NCBI GenBank assembly: GCA_023213395.1
Contig: CM041465.1
Coordinates: forward strand, 208,637,741 to 208,701,740
DNA: 64,000 nucleotides
DNA from: Cycas panzhihuaensis
Taxonomy: Eukaryota > Plantae > Cycadophyta
Direction: 5' to 3'
In this document: in pieces, positions 27,204-38,243 of the stretch
How positions within the stretch are numbered: position 1 is the first letter of the stretch
Layout: every line of letters begins with the position of its first letter
Notes under the pieces: generated by a model
Told to the model about the DNA's origin: nothing
Seen by the model: only the letters and a program-made list of their open reading frames with translations
Databases searched by the model: none
Position numbers and translations under genes: made by a program

Positions 27204-29800
27204 GTGCCACCAAAGAGGCCTTCAAGGTCGGAAGAGCCCCAGAAGGATACTTCACCCAAGGAAAAGGAAACCAGCAGACAAAGGGCGCTAAGATGGTCAA
27301 AGGAAGCAAAACTCAGAAGGGCGAGGAGGTTAAGTTCGCAAAACAACGAGACTAAGGGACAGTCCGTTGAAGGATCTGAGGCAAGTGGAGCCCAGACACC
27401 TCAGGAAGAGGAAACCCATGGCGAACGATGGTATTGACACCACCCTATCAGAGATGATTTGTTTAGCCTGGAGATTGAAGGGAAGCCAAAAGTGGATGAA
27501 AAACATGAAGAGATCCTAACAGAGGGAAGTATACCAGTGGAGGACAGCCCGAAGAACCTAGGTGACAGCGATAAGAAGGCGGAGGAAGGTCCCTCGGCAT
27601 ATTGGGAAAACAAGCTAACGAGACAGCTTTTTGAAGATTCGGCGAAAGGGGATCTGATCAATCTTACATTACGGTAACACCATTGACTATACAAGTTCCA
27701 GGTGTAGTGGAACTTATACACATAAAAACTCCATTTAAGAATCATTGCTTGGAAAAGACAAGCAAATGTAGTTACTCCCAGTGCATCCCCAAAGGAGGGA
27801 GGAAGGGAAAGATCACCATCAGGTGGGGGATAGTTGCAATCTCCCAAAATGGACGATTATATAGACTTTGGGAAACTAATCTTTAATGATACTTCAGATG
27901 CAGCAGAGCATGTGTATCTATTTCAGAACCTTATTGATGTCAAAAAGATTACAGACGAAGATGAAATCAAAGCACGCTTCGCCTGTACATTGAGAGGAGT
28001 ACCCTTGGCTTGGTATAAGGAAACAAACAAGAATGAGCCATGGGTGAAAATTAAGAAAGCATTTGAAGAGAGATTTCAAAAGTTTCGCAGTAATGAAGCT
28101 GTCGAAATCGCACTACGAGAGATCAGGCAGGTCGGGGAATCATTCTAACTTACATTAGCCGAATGAAAATTATTGCAGCGAGCATGATCAATGAGACGAT
28201 AACGGATCATAATATGAAGAATTACTTTGTAAGAGGGCTGAATGAAAAGTTGCGAGCCATGATGCATGCTCATCCGTTAAAGTCATTCAAGAATGCTCAG
28301 GATCTGGCATTAGATTTTGAAATGGAAATGGACGCCCAAGCAGGAGGACAAGATTCCTTGCTGTTAAGATTACAAGACGAGATTAGAGAGCTGAAGCAAA
28401 ACCAATACAACCGACCCTTCTGCCAGGTAGGGGTAGCAGAAGAGGAATCGGAATTGGAGGCACTAAGAAAAGAGGTAGCAAGATTGAAAATTAGAAATAA
28501 CCGGGAAGAAGAAGAGACGCCCAAGAAGAAAGAGCACACTGGAAGGGTAACCAAGTGGTGCCACATCTGTGAAGAGAACTCACATACCACCAGGGAATGT
28601 GATTTAAATTTAAAAAACAGTGCAACGCACCAACAGGAGAAGTGGTGCCACATATGTGAGGTTGACACACATACAACCAAGGATTGTTTCTACAATCCCA
28701 GGTGAAAAGCATTCAGAGGTCGAGGTCGGGGAAGAGGCAACCCACCTCAGAATGTGTACACAACGAGGGGCGCACCAGAACCCTCGAGGAAAAAACAGCC
28801 GATGGGGAGATGCCTCATCTGCTCAGCCGCAATCGGAAGTCCGAATGCCAATGAAGCAGGAATACGAATGTAAGCCGTCAGAGGCAGAATCGTTGGCCCA
28901 AGCGACCACAAAACAAAGGATTGTAAGGGTAAAGCCAAAGCGACTAACCTGATGACAATCGTGCCAGAAACCAAGAATGTGAAATTACAAAACAAGCAGA
29001 AAGAGAAATTGGATGAAGGATATCCAAATCCACCAACAGAAATGGATCGGTACAAACAAGCAAAACAAGTGTTAGATGGTTTAGTCCGGGAAGAGAATAT
29101 ACTACCAATGGGTAAACCAGAAACGAAATATGTTTATGTTCAGAAAAATAAACAAAAAGAGCAAGAAAAACTACCGGAAGAACTCACGACAAAACCCCAA
29201 ATGGTGCAAATGGAAGAGTTGTTTAAAGGATTACCAGCAGAAGATATTCCCAGAATGTTGCTATTGATGGAAAATCTAGTGAAAGCGATTCTGATTAACT
29301 ATTCCTTTGTCTCAAGTTATTGACTGGATCAAAGGAGGAGTGTTACAGAAAGGAATTACCAGAAGTTTAAAATAGATTATACCATCATTCGACATGGATC
29401 CAATGGTAACCATGTCAGTCTTGGGAGAAACATTCCCACGAGTAATTGTGGATGGAGGCGCAAAGAAGAATGTGTTACCACCGCAACATGGCGTAAATTG
29501 GGAAGCCTGAAGTTGGAAGCGAGAACTTATTCAGAAGTTGGAAGCAAAGAACTTATTCACAAGTTGGCTAATGAACTATTGGTACGACCTATGGGCAGAT
29601 TGGCCAATATCAAAGTAGACGTGGCAGGGATAGTGGTAAGAATTGACTTCACAATTGTGGAAACGGAGAAAGGAGCCACACCCTACCCAGCATTACTAGG
29701 AAGGCCCTGGTTACACAAAACACAATGCCTTCAGAATTGGGAAAAGGTAACCTTCACTTTATCGGACAACAACAACAAAGTGGTACTACCAATGCTGGGA
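27204..29800 (+). pseudogene. Gypsy-H gag (two CCHC knuckles) and aspartic protease
   Basis: Gag motif TLRGVPLAWY..W...KKAFEERF, knuckles CHICEENSHTTREC and CHICEVDTHTTKDC, protease VIVDGG ~29445 and ALLGRPWL. Confidence 0.88.
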
Positions 29801-30377
29801 AGAAGTTCGATTGAAGTAATTCCAGATGAAGGATCCAGTACTACGGTAACAAGCGATACGACATTTTCTTCCATTGGGGAAGAACATATCTTCCATATGG
29901 CAGAAAAACCCACAACATCGAATAACCACCAGCGTGAAGAACCAGCGGATCTCGAAGAAATATACAACTCTTCGGATGATGAACACGGTATGAGGTTCAT
30001 GGATTACTGGCTTCAGGATGCATATGAAGTAAATTCTTCTTCTCACAGATGTAATTTGTTATCTAAATGTGTATCTGTAAACATTGATACTAATTTAAGT
30101 TCTTTTGAATATATGCTGACTAACGATCATTTGGAAATTGATAACAACCTAGACCAACCAACCCTTAGCTTACCTAGTAATTTTCGTAGTTTTTTTGTAG
30201 TTAATAGTAACCCTGACTTCCCATCTACTTCAGGCGTGGGTCCTGAGGTAGATTTCCTACCCCCCCCCCCCCTTATTACAACCTGAGGAAGGAAGGAATA
30301 TCCCTTCTTCTTCTTCCTTAGAGGTACACCCACCCAGCCATAAATCTCTTCCAACCATTGGCGCCAAAACTGGGAAA

Positions 30378-31049
30378 ATGGAAGGAGGATTGCTGGTAAG
30401 TACTTCTAGCGAGTCTGGCCTAGGAAGTAAAATCATTATTCCGGAAAAAACAAACTATCAAATCTATATTGGGGATTACGTTAAACCATTCTATGGGGAA
30501 CAGTTATATGGGACTACCCATTTAACACACTGCATTGAGTATTGGATAGATCAGGGAAATTGGGATAAAACCCAATGGAAGCAAGACCTAGTCCTAACCC
30601 TGCGAGGGAGAGCTTGGTACTGGTACTTAGCTCACCAACATACTCTTAGGAATTGGCAAGATTTGCAGACGATGTTTCGAATACGATTCGATCATCCAAA
30701 CCAACTAACTATTCCAATATTCTACGTAGGTCATAAACCTAGAAAACACATACAGGTGTGCAAACAAAATTGGAGATCCTTGAGTATACCTAAACGGAAT
30801 TGGTCTAACTATTTCTACCACACTTTGGGGAGAGTAGCAAAAGACTGGTTCCTAGGAAGGGAGCAAAATCTAGATATAACTTGGGGAAACCTAAAGAAAT
30901 CTTTTATAAAAACCTTTAGGCATACTTCAGAAAACCAAGAAATAAACAAAATCTTGAAACACATCAGAATAATGAGCATAAAACTAGAACAAAGATTTAA
31001 TGATCAGAAACAAGAGAATCTATACATAGTGAAGAAGAAGAAATTATGA
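30378..31049 (+). CDS. Extra tandem Gag(capsid)-like repeats between protease and RT of Gypsy-H
   Basis: Two repeats, LTLRGRAWYWY..NWQDLQTMFRIRF and HTLGRVAKDWF..TWGNLKKSFIKTF, match the pattern of the element's own gag. Start codon and frame linkage to pol are uncertain. Confidence 0.6.
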   Translation: MEGGLLVSTSSESGLGSKIIIPEKTNYQIYIGDYVKPFYGEQLYGTTHLTHCIEYWIDQGNWDKTQWKQDLVLTLRGRAWYWYLAHQHTLRNWQDLQTMFRIRFDHPNQLTIPIFYVGHKPRKHIQVCKQNWRSLSIPKRNWSNYFYHTLGRVAKDWFLGREQNLDITWGNLKKSFIKTFRHTSENQEINKILKHIRIMSIKLEQRFNDQKQENLYIVKKKKL

Positions 31050-31159
31050 ATTATCCTGCAGAGTTTGAGAATTCACCATTGGAGAAAGAAAAGTAGAAGA
31101 TGCCCGGGGCACAAAACCGAAAATGTAGAAGATGTGGGTATAACGGTTGAAAACTACGT

Positions 31160-33939
31160 AAATTAATGCTCAGGCTCGTAAAATCCTAAGCTTATTCGAA
31201 TTGGAAACTATTGGGATTCCCAACCAGAGCGAAGCTCAACAGCTTATTCAAGAATTCCGTGACGTGTTCGCATGGTCGTATAAAGACCTGAAAGGTATTC
31301 CTCCGGAGATAGGAATGCATCATATTGATCTAGTAGAGGACGCTAAACCAGTAAAACAACGACCATAGCGTATGAACCCAAAATACAAAGAAAAAGTAAA
31401 AGCAGAACTTGATAAAATGTTGGAAGCAGGTTATATATACGAAATCGACTACAGCGACTGGGTGAGCCCTGTAGTAGTGGTTCCCAAGAAAAATGGGAAA
31501 ATTCGTGTCTGTGTGGATTACAGACAGTTGAATAAGGTAACAAAAAAAGATCCATTTCCGTTACCTTTCATGGAAGATATTTTGGAAGCAGTTGGAGGGA
31601 ATGAAATCTATTCATTCACCGACGGATTTAGTGGGTACAATCAAGTGCAGATTGTCCCGGAAGATCAGGCGAAGACAACATTCGTAACAGAATGGGGTAC
31701 GTATGCCTATAAGGTAATGCCTTTCGGTCTTACGAATGCACCAGCGACATTTCAGTGGATTGTGATTAATATTTTTCGAAAATTTATTGGAGAAAAAGTT
31801 GTCAGATTCTTAGACGATTGGATGTTGTATGGGTTAATGAAAAATCATATGGAAAACTTGAGAGAAATGTTGCAAACCTGCTGAAAATAAACTGCCTCAA
31901 TCCGTAAAATGTACATTTCGGTACCCTTGAAACCTCCTAGGGCATATAGTCAAGAAAGAAGGATTGTCGACGGATCCAAAGAAAAGTGTCTGCCATTCTA
32001 CACTTTCCGACACCGAGTACAAGGAAACAGCTGAAAGGTTTTCTGGGTTTGACAGGATATTATAGAAAATTCATCAGAGGATATGCATATATATCTGGAC
32101 CTCTCGGAAGAGTTGCTAAAAAGAATATTGAATGGATATGGACGACGATCGAATGAGCATTCAAACATTGAAACAGGCCATTGTAGCGGTTTATATTGCG
32201 ATTCCCAGATTGGAAGAAAACTTTTCACGTACATGTGGATGCGTCGCACTACGCTATTGGATGCGTATTGGCACAACCCAGCGATGATAAAATGGATCAT
32301 CCAATCTATTTTGCCGGATGAAACTTACGAGCGAGCGTAATTATCTGACGACGTAAAGGGAAGCACTCGGCATGCTTTATGCATTACAGAAGTTTCGACA
32401 TTATTTGTTATCCAATCCATTCTTGTTTTTCGTCAACCACCAAGCCTTGATGTATCTAGTAAATAAACCCATTATGCGAGGAAGAATCAGTAGATGGTTA
32501 ATGTTGTTTCAAGAATTCTCATTCAAAATCATTGTGAAACCCGGCAAAGCACACATCATTCCAGATCAACTATCAAGAATCAAAAATGGAGAGAAAGCCA
32601 CAGGGATACCAGATGATTTTCCAGACGCAGCTCTATTCAGCATAGATGCAGTTCCAGCAGACTGGTATGAGGGAATACCAGAGTACCTAGCGACTGGTAT
32701 GAGGGAATACCAGAGTACCTAGCGACCGGAGAAGTGCCAGCAGAATTAGATCGTACGGGGAAAAGAAATTTCATCAGAAAAGCAGAGCCGTATCAGCTTA
32801 TCAGTGGTGAGTTGTACAAATTGGGGCCGGATGACATATTGCGATGTTGTGTTCGACAGCATGAGACAGACCAGATCATGTCTCAAGCACATGAAGGAAT
32901 AGCGGGTGGCCACATGGGAAAATTGGCCACATGGCAAAAAATCTTGACGTCGGGATTCTGGTGGCCGTCAATGTTCAAAGATGTCAAAAAATGGATTCAA
33001 GCATGCGATTATTGCCAACGCGTGGGGAAACCTAATCGACAGGATTTCCAACCGTTGCATCCCATACTACCTTTGGCACCATTCGAAAGATGGGGGCTCG
33101 ACTTTGTGGGGCCAATCAAACCAGCAGCGCGGAGATCGAAAGCTCGATACATTCTGGTGGCTACCGATTATACGACAAAGTGGGTGGAAGCCAGATTGAG
33201 AAAAGCCGATGCGTAAAGCACAAAGAAGATTTCAGTATGAGGTAATAATGACGCCGATTTGGATGCCCTTGGAGATCGCTGACCAAGGTGCCCACTTCCT
33301 CAACCAAACGATTGAAACATTGACAACCGCCTTCATGATTAGCCATCGAAATCAACTCCCTACTATCCGAGAGCCAATGGTCAAGCGGAGAGCTCGAACA
33401 AGATAATCGAAAACTGCTTGCGAAAGATATGCTACATCGGCAGATCGGATTGGGCTGAGAAGTTACCCTCCGTACTATGGGCCTTTCGTACGACATATAA
33501 AAGATCGCTTGGATGACCCATTCCAAATTTTGTATATGGCACGGAAGCCATTCTTCCGACCGAGTTCGAGATACCCAGCTTACGAGTGGCAATACAATGT
33601 CGATTAGACGACCTCCAGTCCTTGGAACGACGACTGGAAGATTTAATACGGTTGGAAGAGAAACGACACCTAGCAAACTGGTTGCAACATATGGAAAAGC
33701 GGCGACAAAATGCATGGCATCACCGCCATCTGCGGAAACCATAATTCAACGAAGGTGATCAAGTATTGCTATACGACAGCAAATTCAAAACGCACCCCGG
33801 GAAACTCAAGATGATGTGGTTGGGACCATACATCGCAGAAAGAATTTTCGAGAATGGATCCGTGCAGCTTCGAGAGATCGACGGACCTCTGCTACCAACA
33901 CAGGTAAATTGTAGTAGACTCAAGCCTTACATTGAGTAG
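31160..33939 (+). pseudogene. Gypsy-H RT, RNase H and integrase (frameshifted as assembled)
   Basis: Motifs CVDYRQLN, DGFSGYNQ, MPFGLTNAPATFQ, FLDD, ALQKFRHYLL, H..H/C..C zinc finger, WGLDFVGP and WLGPY. Stop at 33937-33939. Confidence 0.93.
32660..32723 (+). repeat. Perfect 32-bp tandem duplication causing a pol frameshift
   Basis: GACTGGTATGAGGGAATACCAGAGTACCTAGC occurs twice. Confidence 0.93.
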
Positions 33940-34166
33940 CCCAGCTAACCAGCAGGATCAGCTGGTTGTACCATATCATATTGCATGATGTTGAGGCAAC
34001 CAACTGCCTTGATACCGAGCCATGATCCAGTTCGGTATGGATATTAAAAATAGAAAAAAAAAAATTGGAAAAAAATAAAAAATAACCGTAACTCATTACT
34101 GATATAAGTAACAACAAAGATAATCGAGAAAAATCGGAGGAAAATTCATCCAAGATACAAGCAAAT

Positions 34167-34760
34167 TACAAGGTACATACCGAAAAGGTATGTTACTGTG
34201 CACGCATACAATTGGAACAGTGATAAAAGTAGAAAATACACTATACGTACCAAAGGAATTCACTAAAGTATGCATAGTTTTAAAAAGTGACTCGGAATTA
34301 TACTATACGTACCTGAAAAGTACGTGGACAGGTACGCATAGTATAAATAACTTTAAGTGGCTCAACTACATTATACGTACCTGAAAAGCACGCGCAGTGC
34401 ACGCACAAAGGCAAAGGAGCGTAAGTTAAAATTTTACGTTATACGTACCAACGAAGTATGTAATCTGCACGACCGCGTGTAAAAGATACTCAAGTGACTG
34501 GTTACATTATACGTACCAACGGAAGTACGCAATCGAGTACGTATAATGAAAACCCTTAACATTATATGTACCAAGGGCACGTATAAGACAAAATACGCAA
34601 AACGACAAATCATTACGTACCTGCGAACATTCCCGTGCGGTACGCAGAGCGGAACGGACTACGGCACGCAACGATTTGCTCGGGTACGCATCACGGTGCG
34701 CTAAACAGAGAAACGGCAAGCGTTCTATAGAGGTACGTATGTACGGTTCTACTGGTACGC
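34167..34760. repeat. Degenerate tandem array with conserved TATACGTACC core and internal inverted repeats
   Basis: TACGTACC-like cores at 34174, 34244, 34306, 34374, 34442, 34510, 34565 and 34614 (spacing 70, 62, 68, 68, 68, 55, 49). 17 GTAC counted in about 590 bp. Confidence 0.9.
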
Positions 34761-34795
34761 TTTGGTTTCTTTCTTACCTCTGGAACTCCATAGCC

Positions 34796-35862
34796 ATGAT
34801 GAGGACAGCAGGGTGCCAAGAGGCCTACATTCTGAAACTTAAACAGGATCTTCAAGCTCTACCAGCTGCATTTCAGGCTAAGGTTAAGCAGGCAGGATGG
34901 AAAGACTACATTTATTGTAACCCTATGTATTATGACCTGGAATTAATGGACCAAATCCTCATGGCCCTAAAAATGCATAAGAAGGTCAAAATGGACGCAG
35001 ACATAGTCCATACCATCACTGGACTTCCCAAGGATGGAGAGGTTCCATTGGGAGCAAAAAGGTCGGAGGTAGACAGGGAAATGTGGCTGAGGGAACTATG
35101 CCGACTAACACTCAAATTATGTCGTGGAATCGTGGTAGCCGACATTATGGACTAAGACTTCAAGGGTGGCCAAAGTTATTAACTCGATTTTTGTCAAAGA
35201 GGAAGTATACCTACATCCAAGGAGGCATGATGCAGGTATTATTAAAAATCAGGGATGGAGAAAGAATGAATTGGTCAGAATTTTTGGCAGAGAACATGAG
35301 ACAACAGTTACAGGAAATCCGGACACATCCATTCCGCCATCCTTCATTGCTTTTGGCAATGTTATTTTACCAAAGGTCCCAAGTGCAGTTGACCAGAACT
35401 ACCATCTCTCCTCAGGAACCAATCATCAAACAGTGGGTAGCAGAGTTCCCAGATACAACAACGAGTATGGAAGCCAAACGGCGAGTTCAAAAGCAAATGC
35501 AAAAGGTGCTTACCTGGTTACAAAAAACACCAGGAACACCTATTCCTCATCGGACGAAGCAAGTTGTTCATCATCGCGGGAAGAGGAAGAAAGGGGAGGA
35601 GGAAACAGAAGAAGAAGAGGAGGAAGAAGCAGAAGCATCCTGGGAAGAATGGGAAGACTTCCCAGCAGCAGCAGAGGTCGGAGAACCCTCAGCACCTCCT
35701 ACACCGCAGGATAAAGCGGGACCTATCATTCAGATGATTCAGGACTTGGAGGCAGGGTACAAAGCAGAGATAGCGGCCCTTCAGGAAAAAATAAAGAAGA
35801 AGGATGCCATTATTGCCACCTTGATACGCATCAACGAGGAAATTTTGGGAGGACCAAGGTAG
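34796..35862 (+). pseudogene. Gypsy-H extra ORF downstream of integrase (one apparent frameshift ~35100-35155)
   Basis: ORFs 34676-35155 and 35083-35862. Motifs QAGWKDYI, DIVHTITGLPKDGE and MNWSEFLAENM; basic RGKRKK, acidic tract and C-terminal coiled coil. Confidence 0.72.
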
Positions 35863-37278
35863 CAGGAGCCGCCTTGAGACAGAGTGGGGGAGGGATACCC
35901 CGAAATTTTGATTTTTTTGGAGTTTTGTTGAGCAAGGATGCTCAAACCCATAATCATGACTCGGGATAGATGTTGGAGTCAAAAGTGATCCAATGGTCGT
36001 GTGAGGACCAGAGGTAGGACAGATAACCCGAGTTGTGCAGGTACGGACCGTATGGAGGTACGCACGAGGCAAAACGGCAGAGAAACAAGCATTCAGGTGC
36101 GTATGACAGTGCGTGCACGGAATGGGTACGTATGATGACGTAAGCACGCGGAACAGAACCAAGCGGCGGTATGCACGACTCGGGGACCCGGTGAAGACCG
36201 TCGAGGTGCGGACGTGCATTTGGACGCACGGACTCAAAGGAATAATTAATTAAGTGCTTAACAAGTGATTAATGAAAGGTACGCATGATCGAAGGGGAAT
36301 GCGGTTATGACAAAATCATAACCCTTCAAAAAAGGTACCAAAGATGAGTACTTAAGGAGGTACGCATGATTCACGGTTAGGTGAGAGCCGGATATCGAGT
36401 ACGCAAAGGTGCAGGAGAGACGATGCGCATGATGACCAATTGGAGCATCACTGTATGATAAGTACCTTCTGGGTATGCATTGTATGAAGATCAGGATGTC
36501 ACTTGGAATGCTCAGAATGCATTCCACCTCGTAAATGAACTGTTGAATTAATAAAAGGAAGAGTTACGTGGAAATTGATGTATGCTTGATGTTGTGATGA
36601 TGATTTGTTGAAGTATGTATTGATTTGCATCATTGCGTGTACCATTCTGTGAATTATATATGGAATGTATGTGAATGACCATGTTGATAGTATCCTAAAA
36701 CTAGACTATAGCGCTGTGTAACCTTGACAAGTGTATTGATTCCACAAAGGGTGTGGAATCTCCAAGTCAACACTTGTGAAGAAGGATAATTAATAAGTAC
36801 TTGATCATATGGCAGTCACTTCTACCCGAAGATGGCATCTAGGAATGTGAAGACATCCTCCAGAAGTTTCCAAACCTTCTCATGCTTTGAGGGCAAAGCA
36901 TCTCAAAGCTGGGGTTGGGGGGGGGGGGGGGAGCTGGGGGCGCTTGTTGCACTACTTGCAACTCCATTAGTTAACTGTAACAATAAGTCATTAATGAGAA
37001 TTAAGAACTAGTTAAGTATATGAATAATTGGTGGGAGATATCAATGGGTAGGAAATATTTAAATGGTTGCATACTTGCTTGCACAAATTCTCTCCTTCTA
37101 ATTGAACATCATATGTCTTGCAAATAAACTAAATCACCTGGTTAAGGGATTTTTTCAATGGCCTTTTTCTGTGTTTGTGATCTTTTTATTACCAATTGAT
37201 ATTTTCTCACATATGAGAGGTTGTTGATTTAGAGCCAAGAGCAAAGGAGGTAGTAGACATGAGGTCTTCTACATATTG

Positions 37279-38243
37279 TTGGGGATGTTTGCATATGCAA
37301 TGCACCCAAAAACTTCAAAATAATCAACGAAAGACTTCTGACTAGCCAATTTCTTTTCCAGTATCATGCCATTGTCTACTTTTGTTGGTACCTAGTTCAA
37401 CACATAAATAACAGTCCCAACAACTTCTACCCAATAGTTCTATGGTAAATTCCATGCATGCACCATACAACTTACCATCTCCATCATGGTATGATTCTTT
37501 TGCTCTACAATACCATTTTGTTGTGGGGCAAATGAGATCATGAATTCTTGTTTGATACCATGCCTAAGGCAGAATTGATTGAAGGCATGATTGTCATATT
37601 CCTTTTTGTTATCACTTCTCAAAGTTTTTATCTTCTTACCACATCCATTCTCGACTCTAGCTTGCCACCCTTGAAAGCAATTGAACACTTCTAAGTTATT
37701 CTTTAAAAAATACACCCAATTTTTTCTAGTGTAATTATCCACAAACACCAAGCTATATCGAACTCCTCCTAATGAAGGAAGGGGGAGTGGACCCATCACA
37801 TTTGAGTTTACAAGTTGTAGCTTTTCCTTGGCTCTTTAGGCTTTATCCTGAGCAAAAGGATATTTGTGATGCTTTCCATACACATAGCCTTCACATATAC
37901 CATTTGAACACAAGATCTATGGCAACCCTTCCACCATCTTCAACTTGTTCATCAATGATATATTGCCATGATTAAGATGCCCTAGCCTTTCATGCCATAA
38001 TTGACTACTATTATCTACACTAGCAACAAAGGCATATGATTGATTTGGATTTTAAAAATTTTCAAGCACCCAAAAATCATTGTTCACCCAAATATCACAT
38101 AGCTTCTTTGAATCCTTAATTAAGCACTTATCTTCGTAAAGCTCGATCTTCAAACCCTTTTTGTAGATTTTCCAAGCTGAGAGAAGATTCTTCTTCATCT
38201 TCAGTGCATAATACACCTGGTTGAAATTCCCCCCTACAAGATT
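37279..38243 (-). pseudogene. Copia-A integrase core, GAG-pre-integrase and protease C-terminal half
   Basis: Motifs FVDNYTRK, LRSDN and PQQNGIVE; WHERLGHL- and KKNLLS-like segments; colinear with the paralogue at 62940-64000. Confidence 0.88.

Larger units (their letters stand above)
26256..36772 (+). mobile_element. Gypsy-H: young non-chromovirus Ty3/gypsy element (Athila/Phygy/Selgy-related) with extra ORF
   Basis: LTRs 26256-27062 and 35971-36772 (TGTTG...CAACA). TSD CTTGT. Order gag-PR-RT-RH-INT-extra ORF. No chromodomain and no second RNase H seen. CpG still abundant. Confidence 0.95.
8542..37273 (+). mobile_element. Gypsy-B: chromovirus (Reina-like) inserted in Copia-A integrase
   Basis: LTRs 8542-8866 and 36945-37273. 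TSD TATTG. Decayed iMet PBS TAGTATCAAAG after 8866. G-rich PPT 36911-36940. Gag ~10000-10700, protease LIDLGSTHNF ~10820, RT/RH/INT 23590-26200. Chromodomain split by element H. Confidence 0.93.

Noticed and set aside
30359-30376. Internal PBS-like TGGCGCCAAAACTGGGAA suggesting a nested element
   Set aside because: No tRNA match recognised beyond 7 nt, and no adjacent LTR pair or TSD.
34167-34760. CRISPR array (short repeats with variable spacers)
   Set aside because: Eukaryotic retroelement context and no cas genes. The core is only ~10-15 bp, spacing is uneven, and the spacers share motifs with each other. Kept as a degenerate tandem array.
34796-35862. Retroviral env gene
   Set aside because: No signal peptide or convincing transmembrane helix; the protein is charged and coiled-coil instead.
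35689-36527. Antisense ORFs across the H LTRs (also 26125-26531)
   Set aside because: Frames differ between the two LTR copies and no recognisable motifs are present.
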